Part shown: positions 25,061 to 37,290 of the stretch, piece by piece
How positions within the stretch are numbered: position 1 is the first letter of the stretch
How the letters are laid out: every line of letters starts with the position of its first letter
Origin: Vicugna vicugna
Taxonomy: Eukaryota
Direction of reading: 5' to 3'
Assembly: GCA_013265495.1 (NCBI GenBank)
Contig: MU058000.1
Span: forward strand, 1,364,001 to 1,428,000
Length of the DNA: 64,000 nucleotides
The notes under the pieces: generated by a model
What the model was told of the DNA's origin: nothing
Databases searched by the model: none
The model's input: the letters and a program-made list of their open reading frames with translations, nothing else
Translations under genes and position numbers: made by a program

Positions 25061-26644
25061 TAATCCAAAACACACACATATGAGTAAGGATATTGCAAAT
25101 CTTAATGTGGTAATATCCTGTGTGGGTCAGTAAACAAACTCATTGATATGAGAAGAAAATAAAGCACTTATTTTGCATTGCACAACTTTTTTGACTAAGT
25201 AATTGTTCATCTAGTTTATGAAGTCTAAGGAAAGGAAAAGCTAGATGAGAACAAACAGGTTCCTGAGCAGGAGGCACACAGTAGAGGTCCTCAAAGGAGA
25301 TGTTTCTAGTCTAAGAGATCATTTGGGGAAGGGTCTGATTCTAGGCTGACCATCATGGACTTGAGACAAGTTTGGATCCAGAAGAGTGTGGCAGAGATCC
25401 ACAGAGTTGAAGGTGGAGGCAACATTATTCTAAAAATTCATTATGAAATCTGTCAAGGGTGTATATACTTGAGCCAGATGACCAGGAGACAGAAGTTTTT
25501 TGTTGTTCTTTTTGTTTATAAACTATGTCCTTGGTAGAGATTAAAAATAGGAAACAAAAAAAGAAAGTGGCATAGATAGCCTGATGTATTTATTTCTAGA
25601 AATAGTCAATGAAAGAGAGTTCAACATCATGGCAATTGAAGAGTTTCTGGCACCATTGCCTATAAGTGTATTATAGCAGAATTATTATTTTCAAATCTTT
25701 TTTGGAAGTTATGATAAGGGTTAAATTCATTGGGTGATATGACTCAATAATCTATCAGTAACTGACTGCTTATGAGAAAGTTGAAATGAGGAGACATATT
25801 GGTGTAAAAACTTACAAGGATGTGGGTGGGTATCAATCTCTAAATGGTTATGCATTAAAGTGATACTTTACTCCATCAAGATAGTGTGAACTATCCGAAT
25901 ATTGGTCCAGTGATAAACAACTATCTGACAATGTAGCTTGAACTTTCATTACAAAGTGAGTGATTCAAAGATGTATCTTAGGGTCTGTATTTTTTCCTTT
26001 CATCAATGCAAATAAGGTCAAAACATGTTGAAAAGTTTAAGAGGCAATTATTCAGGTATATATATCTACTTTAAACAAAAATTCGAGATGTGGGGAAATA
26101 TCTGGTTAGTTTAACAATTTAATGTATTTATGTATACCTAGTTAGTTTAATTGATTATTTAATGTATTTGATTAACTTTAATGCAACCTAATTTTAGCAT
26201 TAGACTAAAAACAGTCTACTTTCAACTTTTCATTTGTCCTATGTGTGTTAAGATTTTATGGCCCTGCACTATAGAAATTTTAAATTTCACCTAACCTAGA
26301 AGTTCTTACCTATTTACGGATCTTGACACTTAAAAGCATGGTTTAAGTGGTAAGGATCTGCTACCTCATCAGAATGAGTAGATGTAAGAAGCTCATAGAA
26401 TACAACAGACTTAGGTTTCAAGGTGTCTGAAGTGTAATTTGATCCCAGTTTAAGAACTTCTGATAGAGCCTTTCAAATAATCCATTCACTCAGGACAGAT
26501 AATTTCGACACTGAAGGAAAGGCGAAAAACAAATATGCAGGCCTGATTACTTTGCTTAAAGTGATGGATGGTAAATAATTAGGGCTTAATTAAAAGCCAA
26601 TTAAACAATATAAATTTAATAATTCTTTCTCATATGTATCATTG

Positions 26645-27010
26645 TATTAATAAGGATAATCTATTCTTATGCTGAGAAAATAAACTAAATACTCAGAGAT
26701 TTACTTGACACTCATGCTGCACAAGGTAAGGAGGCTTATTCAGAGGTCCAAGAGGATAGCATCCACTGTCTCGTAGTTACAGCATCACCCGATACACAGC
26801 TTCCTGGTTCCGGGCAGTGAGGGACGAGAAACTTGAGAACTGCACACAGATTTTGTCACTGTTTCAACCAAGAGGTGATAAATGCCACTTCTAGTCACAT
26901 TTTACTGGTTGTAAATATTCACATGAGCTGCCACAACTGCAAAGGGTTGTGTGATCCTCCAGTGTTCCTGGAAGGAAAGAATAACTGGATATAGAAGTTT
27001 CTAGCAGTGT
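26645..27010 (-). mobile_element. Old MaLR LTR (MLT1J/K-like)
   Basis: 'aagaggtgataaatgccacttctagtcacattttactggttgtaaatattcacatg...aactgcaaaggg'. Confidence 0.55.
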
Positions 27011-29203
27011 TGCAGGGAACAAAAAGCAGCATGGCTCCCACTCTCAAGGCGTCTCCCCCAAAGGATGAGCACACCAAAAAGGATACCACCAAGGCAACAC
27101 AGTTCAGGGTTATAAGGACAACAGCAGCAACAATTTGCAGGGTGAACATGCGTTATGTGAGAGGTCGCAGGAGAAATCTAGTTGAACATCACTTAGGAAA
27201 ACTGAACTGCATCAATGAAGTTGGCGGTTTTGGTTACTGAACAAAGCTGATACTCATGAACTCTGGCTTCTCAACTCACAAGAAACTCTTTTCTGGGGCC
27301 CCCTTTGAATTGGTGACGTTCAAAACCAAGCTTTTCCTGTTGTTATGCTTAGGACGTCAGGCTTTGAGGGAATCAAGAATTACAGTGCCCAAGATGACAA
27401 GGTTTTTCTCTTCTTATTTTTTCTGGTGGTGTTAATTTATTAAAACAATGTTCTGACATAATACATGAAGCCTGAAAGAAGTATCACTGAGTCAAAATTC
27501 AGCAATATGCTGTGAATTTGCAGTTGCTGCTATTACAAATGTTTTAGCATCAGACTTCTTCGTGAGTACAATGAATAACGAGTAAATGCCAAAAAGAAAA
27601 ATGCCTACCATTTAAGGACTAATCCATTGTGTTTATTCCAGTTTTCTGAATGTGGTAGGAAGAAAGCTCTCCACAGACCACACACATACATGTACTCTTG
27701 CAGGATCAGTAGGTACAATCACTCCCCATTTATCTAGGAATTAGATGTCCAGTGGTTCAGACTCCTTGAACATATATATGAAGTGTACAGAAATGACCTC
27801 CACGTGGTGAGAAAATTAGTTATCACAGCCTCACATACTATTCATGTATATAGCATGACGTAGAGTACGTCTTAGACTCTTTCCTACAGTCCTAGAAGCT
27901 TCATATAAAATAAACACTAATTTTCAAATCTGACAAGTCTTTTCTACAATTTGCAGGAAAGAGAAGGCCAAGTTAGGAATGAAATGCATGTAGATAATGA
28001 TGCTGGACTAACACAGTGACAAGCAGGACAGAGAAAGTAGTTACAGTTCATTGAGTGAAAGGTCTATCAGTGATTCTGAAAGCAAACATCAAACATCCAG
28101 CTCAAACCAGATAAAACAATTTACTGAATCATGTCACTAGATAGACCAGTGGTAGGGTGGCTTTCGGTCACAGTCAGGATATCAGTTATATAATCCTATT
28201 TGCTCCACGACACTGTTTGGCTCCATCCTCAGGCTGGCTTTTCAGAGTCCAGAAAGGTGCCAGTGGTGTGCTTCCTCACTCACATTCAGTGCACGTGGGG
28301 AGCTTGTTTCTAATTTTGCCACAACTGAACCCATCAATTGTTTCTGGTCAGGATAGTGGCAAACCCAACAGTGTCCTGCCTGAAACAATGACAGTTGCAA
28401 AAAGAGTGAATTTACCCTGACTGGACATCCCCCTGAGGCTGAGAGAAAGGTCAAAGCTAGCCTCTTACTCTAAACCATACAGCTGCTGCTTAACAGAGGC
28501 ATTAGAGCAATACTGGGGACCATAATATCAACAATGAAAGGATCGTATGCAAGTATAAAAAATAGACCTGAGAACTGGCGAAATGTGGTAATGCGGCCAT
28601 TTAGGCTAGAGAAAAATCTGTTCATTTCAATAATTTTTTATGCAATACAACAGCATCCTGTAATCAACACTTATAATGATGGCATGAGACAGCAATGTAA
28701 TGTGAAGTTATATTCTGTGTATTCTTTTCAGAAACTATGTTTTCTCATATTCTGGCGTTAAGTATAAGTTTGACAAGATATAGGAGTTACTGATTTTTGT
28801 TTTCAATTTTCAACTACGTAGTTGACTTTATTTAAATGGAAGAGAAGACATAAACAGTCTTTGAGAAGAGTTCTTAAAAACCTATGGAGAGAAATGCTAC
28901 ATTTTCAGAAAGTCGGAGCGTTAGACTTAGGCTCAGAGAATTCTGTCTGAGAAGGCAGACTGGGAAGCTGCAGTGATAATGCATCATGTTTCTGTATATC
29001 CATATGGTCCTCCCTCAACTGAAAAACAGCCATCTCAGTGAGACAAAAGCCCCGATACACTTTTCACTGGAAAACTTAACTCTTTTTAAGAGAAGACATT
29101 AATTACAAATCTTTTTGCATCAAGTTATACAAGGTCAGGTTAGTGTGGCCTTCGGTTAACATTCTGTTGGGTATGAAAAGAATGCCAGAATGCTGCAGGT
29201 AAC

Positions 29204-29680
29204 AGTGTCAGTCAGGGTCCTTCTTGAGCATAGATGGTACCCTCCACCTGATTAATTTCAGTGAGTTTAATAAAGGGGATATTCACAAAGCAAGGGTCAG
29301 CATATAGGAAATCCACAGGGATGGTGAACTCACCCTGGAGCTGGGATAACAGCAGGAATTATTAATGCCTCTAGGTCCGAAAAGATAAGTGGAGGAAGCA
29401 GTTACTGGGCAGAGAAGAGGACCCCCTGATAGGCCTGTGACGTCATTCCAGGGACCCACCAGGCCCACTGTGAGCCCCTAGGGAGGGATCCACGGAAATC
29501 AACATCCCAGCCTCATTCTCCTCCCTCCCACACAGAGCTCCTGCCAGTAATCTACATTTGCTGATTCATCAAAATCCTGAGGGGAAGAGACATAAACGTG
29601 AGCATGTTGGACACAGAGCAAATTGAAAGAAAGTGGAGAATGGAATTGACAGCACAAACAATAATCGTTATCTAGCAAAC
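29204..29680 (-). mobile_element. ERVL solo LTR (LTR33)
   Basis: 'tgtcagtcagggtcc...agatggtacc...gagtttaataaaggggatattcacaaag...agggatggtgaa' is the antisense LTR33 3' end. Confidence 0.8.
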
Positions 29681-30689
29681 AACATTTCTTGCTTTTCTAC
29701 CTGAAAAATGGCATTTCAGTGGTCAGAGCGTTTGGTTTGATTGAGAAGATCCTCAGAATAATAAGATGCATATACAATTTGCTTGAATAAATAGTTCAAA
29801 TGTTATGTCTTAATATCGTTACTCTTCACTGATTCTGAGTAACCTCATAGGTTGGTCTTGCCCAGCAGTCTGATTTTCATAAGAATAAAATCTCCAGACT
29901 TCTTGACCTCTTGAAGCATTCTGCTGCTCTAGAGCCTACCTAATGATGTGCCCTTAAATGACCTTAAGTGACAAGCCAATGACTTTTCAGTGATTCAAAC
30001 TAATGCAGTGGGGCAAGGGATGGAGGGGAAATGGACAACTAAGGGCCTTTCATAATGCTGACTTGTGTGTTCATCCTTAGTGAAGACTGAAAAGTTTCAG
30101 AGGAAAATCTCAAATGAGGGCAATCACAATACATGATTTATAATGACGATATTGTAAGAAAGGCTAGTGGCATGCACTCTATAAAGGTTTAATGCCTATT
30201 TGAGTGAATAAGGAAATGAACTGAGGATAATGTATATGCGTTCCCCAACAGATCATATAGGCAGGGAGAGAGCTCAAAGTTATTAAACTGGCGGTGGTCA
30301 TATGAGGCTAGCTTCAAAGAGTGAGCTGATGGAAGCGGACACCAGCATCCCGTCTGCATCGCTCCAGGTCTCTCTCCTAACACTTGCTGCAGCACCCTTT
30401 ATCAGTATACTTGAAAGAGTTGTTTCTAAATGGACTGAGAAATTGGTATATTATGAGGAGAAGAAGACTTAGTGGCACCTTCTCCAGATGGTTCCAGTGA
30501 GCAAAATTGTGCTCTATATTCTCTGTGGCATCATGAGAATTTCTGCAGCAATGCTTCAACACACACTATGCTACTAGGAGACCTGGAGCTTGTCTGAAGC
30601 CATGTTAAGAAATACAGAGCATGCATAGTGAAGAAGTTTATTTTTGTCAAGTTCAAAAACTATGGAGAAATAGAACTATTTTAGGGCGC

Positions 30690-31168
30690 AAACAAAAATA
30701 GATAAAAGTGGCCTTTGAAAAATATGAGATGATGCTCAACGTCACTCATAGTAAGTGAAATACCAATTAAAACTATGCTGAAATAATTATTTCAGTTCCA
30801 GCAAACTCTGTCTTATCCAAGTGATCAAACTCAGCGTCAATCAATGATTGTTCAAACTAACATCAAATACCTCATGATAGTCATGCGAATACTTTTGCAC
30901 TAGTCTCACACAAAGCTCTTTAAATTCAGTTTCCTCATATGGGCAAAATTGGATTAATCTAGATTGTATACCATTCTGTGAGAAAATGGACCTGAGTTCT
31001 TCAAGAATATTAATGTTTAATTTTACAAAAGCTAAGGAGTGTTCTAGAATAAAGAGGGCTAGAGAAACATGGCAATTTAATGCTATGCACAATTCATGCT
31101 TGAATCCTGGATTTAAAAAAAAGAAAGCTAGAATCCATGAAATATGTTTAGGAGACAATTAGGAAAAT
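30690..31168 (+). mobile_element. Old L1 (L1MC/ME) ORF2-end and 3'UTR fragments
   Basis: 'aatatgagatgatgctcaacgtcactcatagtaagtgaaataccaattaaaactatgctgaaata' and 'tagagaaacatggcaatttaatgc...tgaatcctgga'. Confidence 0.6.
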
Positions 31169-33990
31169 GTTTGTATCCTTTGACCCCCTTTACCCCTTTT
31201 GTCCACCTCCAACCCCTGTCTCTAGCAACCACCAATTTGTTCTCTGTATGAATGAGCTTGATTTTTCTTTGTTTTTGTTTTTTAGATTCCACGTAAGTGA
31301 GACAATACAGTGTTTGTCTTTTTCTGAGTTATTTCACTTAGCATAATGCCCTCAAGGTCCATCCACATTGTAGCAGACGGCAAGATTTTATTTTATTTTC
31401 TATGGTTGAAATATATACATGTACATATCACACCTTCTTTATCCACTTATCCACCAATGGACGCCTAGGGAACATGCAGGTGTGTATATCTTTTTGGATG
31501 AGTGTTTTCATTGTCTTCAAATAAATACCCAGAAGTGGAAATGCTGGATGATATGGTAGTTTTATTTTTAATTTTTGAGAAATCTCCATATGGTTTTTCC
31601 TAGTGGCTATACCAGTTTATATTTCCACCAACAGTATGTAAGGGATTCCTTTTCTCCTCATCCTTTGCAATACTTGATAATTCTTGTCTTTTTGATAATA
31701 GTCATTCTGACAGGTGGGAGGTCATATCTTATTGTGATTTTGATTTGTATTTCCCTGGTGCTTTAGTGATGTCAAGCATCTTTTCATGTATCTGTTGGCC
31801 ATCTGTATGCCTTCTTTGGAAAAAAAAAAAACAAAAAACACCTCTGTTCAGATTTCCTGGCCATTTTTCAATTGGATTGTTTGTTTGTTTTTTGCTATTG
31901 AGATGTATGAATTCTTTATGTATTTTGGATATTAACCTTTTTGCAGAGATATAATTTACAAATATTTTCTCCTATTCAGTAGGTTGCCTTTTTATTTTGT
32001 TGATTTCCTTTGCTGTACAGAAGCTTTTTTAGTTGATTTAGTCTAACTTATTTTTGCTTGTTTCCTTTGCTTTTGGAGTCAGATCCAAAAAAAAAAAAGA
32101 TCACCGCCAAAACTCATATGAAGGAGTTTACCACCTGTGTTTTCTTCTAGGTGTTTTATGGTTTAAGGTCTTACATTCAAGCGTTTAATTCATTTTGAGT
32201 TAATTTTTGTGTATAGTGTAAGATAGTGGTCCAGTTTCATTCCTGTGCATGTACCTGTCCTCTTTTCCCAACAACATTTATTGAAGAAACTGTCCTTTTT
32301 GCTTTGTATATTCTTGGCTCCTCTGTTGTAAATTAATTGCCCACATATGCATGGGTTTATTTCTGGGCTCTTTATTCTGTTCTGTTGGTCTATGTGTCTG
32401 GTTTTATGCTAACACCATACAGTTTTTATTACTATAGCTTTGTGATATAATTTGAAATCGGGAACCATGAAGCTTCCAGCTTTGTTCTTCAAAATTCTTT
32501 TTGCTATTCAGGGTGTTTTGTGGTTCAAATTTTAGAATTGTTCTACTTCTGTGAAAAATGCCATTGGACGTTTGGTAAGGATTGCATTTAATCTGTAGAA
32601 TTGCTTTAGTTAGTATGGACATTTTAGCAATATTAATTCTTCCAATCTATGAACATGGAATATATTTTAACTTATTCTTGTCTTCTTCAATTTCTTTCCA
32701 TTGATATTTTATGGTTTGCAGTGTATAGGTATTTCACATCCTTGGTTAAATTTATTCCTAGATATATTTGTTTTGATTGCTTTCTTAATTTCTCTTTCTG
32801 ATGGTTCATTATTAGTGCATAGAATTACAACAGATGTTTGTACATTGATTTTATGTCCTGAAAATTTACTGAATTTATTAACTCTAACAGGTTCTTTTTT
32901 TGCTGGAGTCTTTAATAGAGTTTTCTATGTACAGTATTATGTCATCTGTAAATAGTGATCTTTCCAATTTGTATGCCTTTTATCTCCTTTCTTGCCTAAT
33001 TGCTCTGACTGGAACCTCTAATGCTATGTTGAATAAAAGTGACAAGGGTAGGTATTCTTGACTGATCTTAGAGAAAAATCTTCCAGCTTTTCACTGTTGA
33101 GTATGTTAGTTGTGGCTAAGAAAGCATAAGGGTATGATCTTTATTATGTTGACATACGTTCCCACTATATGCACTTTTTGGAGAGTTTTCATCATAAACG
33201 AATGTTGAATTTTGACAAATGCTTTTGATGCATCTATTGAGATCATCATGTGATTTTTATCCTTTATTTTGTTAATGGGCTTTATCGCATTAACTGATTT
33301 GCAGATGTTGACCATCTTTGTATCCCTAGAATAAATCCCAGGTGATCATGCTGTATGATCTTTTTAATGTATTATTGAATTTGATTCGCTAATGTTTTTT
33401 TCTCATAAAATTATTTTGAAAGTGTTCCACCTCTTCTGTCTTTTGAAAACATCTGAGAAGGGTTAGTATTAATTCTTTTTTGAATGTTTGGTAGAATTTA
33501 CCAGTGAAGCCATCTGGTCCTGGACCTTCGTTGTTGGGATGTTTTTGATTACTGATTCAGTCTCTTTGCTAGTAATTAGTAAGTCCTGATTTTCTATTCA
33601 TAATCCACTCTTGGAAAATTATATGTTTCTAGGAATGTACCCATTTCTTCTAGGTTGTCCACTTTGTTGGCTTTATAATTGTTCATGATAGTCTCTTACG
33701 ATTCTTTGTATTTCAGGAGTAGCAGTTGTAACATCTGATCTTTTATTTCTGATTTTATTTATTTGAGTCTTCTCTCTTTTTTCTTGGTGAATCTAGTTAA
33801 AGCTTTGTCAATTTTGTTTATATTTTCAAAGAACCAGCTTTTAGTTTCATTAATATTTTCTATTGTCTTTGTATTTTCTATTTCATTTATTTCCACTCTG
33901 ATCTTTGTTATTCCCTTCCTTCTACTAACTTTTGGGCTTTGTTCTTTTTCTAGTTTCTTGAGGTGTAATGTTAAATTGTTTATTTGAGAT
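31169..33990 (-). mobile_element. L1 3' portion (3'UTR and ORF2 RT/C-terminus), 5'-truncated, terminal 3'UTR/poly(A) missing
   Basis: ORF2 peptides at 33106-33315 ([27 protein letters not shown]) and 32404-32622; L1MA-type 3'UTR 'ttagattccacgtaagtgag...tatttcacttagcataatgccctcaagg'. Confidence 0.93.
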
Positions 33991-36900
33991 ATATGTATAA
34001 ATATCCTTCAAGAGTTAGAAAATCTAAACCAAATTAATTACTAAAGGAAAGTTAAAAAGCTCTGGGATGCAGGAATGACACATACATAATATTATGATTA
34101 TGTTAATATGAGTCTTCTCTATAGATTTGTGACATAATGCATTATTTGCAAATAACAACTCCCTTTTGATATCTGTAGTTTTTGTACCTATAAGCTCACT
34201 TCAACCACATGTTAATTAACAGTATATTTTTCTTTTGAGAGATTGAACTTTTACCTTATGATTTCCAAGTGGATTTATTAAAATGCAAATATCTTTTGTT
34301 GCCTGATTGGGAAAAACATATTGAACAAGCCATTATGAATTGTTCATACTTTAATGTGTATTGTAGTATAAATAACTGGCCTTAATAATGGAAGTACAAA
34401 TCTCAGAATCTTGGATATATTTTATTGAATAATTTTACCTAAGGTATGCTAATTCCTGAAAAGATATATCATAAAAAGTTAAACTTCTTTTCCAGGAGTT
34501 GATAGTATCATTAAACATGCTTTCTGGAGTTCTAGTTTTAAGGGCTTAAATATTTCCAAGGGTATAACTTCTATTATGAATCAGATGGATCCACATTTTT
34601 GGTTAAATTCCCCGGAAGTTAGTAAAAATGTGCATATTTTAGTTAACCTTATGCTATTAATATATTTGTTGTCATGACTGCTTAATCATTAGCCTAGGAA
34701 AATGAAGGTCAGACTTCAAGGGACTGGGGAGCTGGTCAACACAGCTTCTTCCAGATTGGCCACTTATGCCTAATCTAGCTTAATCACTGTGCATGCCACA
34801 AAGACTGAAATTCAGATATCTCAGGGATTTTGCTGTTGCATTAGAAGAGCTTTGGGGCATACTACACATCAGTTACCAAAAACGGAACTCCTCGGAACTG
34901 TAGTGGTAGAGCTGCAGCAACTATAGAAATGCCAGAAGATCACCTTGTAGGAATAGGAAAAATCTAGGAAAGCATGTAGAGAGGTCTAGATGAATGTACT
35001 GTTCTCTGGTGTCACCTCTACCACTTCAGTAGCCTTTTGTTATGTTTCAAATACTATATATATTATATGTATAATTATTACCAATTTTATTATTAGGTGT
35101 TTGGGTCTCTGTCCTTAGAATGATGTACAGAAAAAAATTAACTGCATAATATTTTATAAGAAATGCGCCATTACTAATACCTACTATTTTAATAACATGT
35201 TAGGCATTATTCAAATTACTTGCAACTTGTAACATCTTAAAGCATAAATGGATCAAACTGTAAATGATGATGATTATTGCTTCCCTGCTATTTATTAGAA
35301 TCACCTGAGCACTTTAAATGATTTTTGGTATTATAGAGTTGAAATAAATATAACTTTGTGGTTATGGTTATTATTTTTCCAACAGAAGTACATCTTGGAG
35401 CAGCCACTAGGAATTTTCCATTCCTTTAACCAAACATTTTATACTTAGGGGTCCTGCAACTGGTTAATCAAGTTACTTATATATCAACTTAATGCAATGC
35501 TCTTAGCTGTTATGGCACAGTATAAATAAAGAGAGAAAAATTCACTGAATGAGATCAGTCTTGAATTAAAATAAAAATAGCAAATTCAGAGTCAGAAATT
35601 CGTTTCTGCAGTGTTGCTGAAGGTTTAAAGGGGTACTTAGAACTCAGAATTGGTCCTTGTCTTGAAGCTAGTTCTTTTCGAAGACAAGGTAGACCTGAAC
35701 AGAGGCTCTCGGTTTGTCCACTGGGACACTATTAACTGATCAGTTATGTTCACATGTTCATATGAATGTAGAGCTGGATTGAGTCACATGAACCACTCAG
35801 ACAGACCAACAATTGGGGATGTTTCAAAAGAACATTCTTGAGTATCCATTCAACATCAATTTAGAGGAAATACTGTAATGTATGGGCAAACTATAAAGAA
35901 GGAAGGCTGTTGGTGACATAGCCTCAGCTTGCCCACCCATTTAACATAACAGAAGCCCTGCTGTGAACTAGGTCCTCCTTAAAAGAAAGTTAATAATCTC
36001 TCTTGCTATTTCACCATGTTGTCCAATGATCTCACCTTCCTCCCTCAGTGACTTATCAAGGTGTTTCTTCTAATCACGTAGGTTTCCTAAAAGAAATTCT
36101 GGCATATAACATTTTCTCTATCTCATTTCATTCCCAGGTATTTGGGGGTACCCTTGCAATGTTTGTAGAATTCTAGTATTATTTCCACATACCCTTTAAA
36201 TGTGAGGTTGACAAGGTGTTTAATCGGGATCCATATCAAGGTCAAATTTCCGTATGCCTAAGTGCTTGATTGTCAACTCAGCATCCTTGCCTCCCCCTTG
36301 TCTTAGGTCTCCTAAGCCAGAATTCCCCTCTCTGTATAGTTCTGAATTAAATTCTTTTCTTGAGAGGCTCTTGAAAGGAAAGCAACAGGGAGAAATCATT
36401 ATTCTCCAGAAGATGGGGTAGTTAGAATCACAGAGGGGCAGGAGGTGTGAGTTACATTTCAGGCAAGTTTGTGAGAACCCCCACCTCACTGCTGCACACT
36501 GAGAGCTGATGGTAGCTCACTAGGGCTTCTTAGATTTGTCCTGGTTTCTGGGCATGCTTCTGAGAACCACCTGCTCTGGTGCTGTGGTTTGACATCATCA
36601 GTGATTGTTTCCTTACTTAGAATTCTAGCTTTTCCAGCAGCTATAGAAGCCTCTCTTCCTCATATTAAATCCTGCATGTGTGTTTCGCTTCATATATTTC
36701 ACTTAGCCAGTCTCTGGGTGGCTAGACAATTGTTTCTAAAGGCAGACTTTTAGCAGGAAAATGGATGAAGAATTTTTACATAGCCTTCCATCTCCTACTG
36801 GTCAAAGGCTTTCCCACAGGGCATCAACACCTCCCAGGTAGTGCGCTGGGCCTCAATATCAGCATTAAACCTCGGGGCCAGGAAGTGAGGGCTGTGCAGT

Positions 36901-37029
36901 GTGAGTGTGAGATGTGGCCTTGTCAGGGTGTCCCACGTGAATGTGGTCAGCTTGTACCAGACTTGGTTGTAGCAGTGGAGTTGAAGCAGACTAAGTAACC
37001 AAGACCACAGAAATAGGTGACACTGAGAG

Positions 37030-37290
37030 GACCTGAAGTGCTGTATGAGACTTGGGGCCAGTTGGTTCTGGGTTCAAGTCTTGGTTTGTACTGGCCATAT
37101 ATCTAGCTGATTTTGCTTGTTCTCTCTGTATTTCCTGAATTTTGTCAATCATAAGACAGTAATGATACATTAATTGTAACATTGTGGGATCTTTCTAAAG
37201 ATTAAATGAGGTAAAGTATATACTGTGTTTAACATGATACTTGTCACATAATAAATACTGAATAGATGGTTCCTATCATGATAATTACTG
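37030..37290 (+). mobile_element. MIR SINE
   Basis: 'ctgggttcaagtcttgg...aagattaaatgaggtaaagtatatactgtgtttaacatgatacttgtcacataataaatactgaata'. Confidence 0.75.

Noticed and set aside
4420..33990. L1 at 4.4-8.8 kb and L1 at 31.2-34.0 kb as two halves of one element
   Set aside because: They overlap by several hundred bp of the same ORF2 region with many differences, so they are independent copies.
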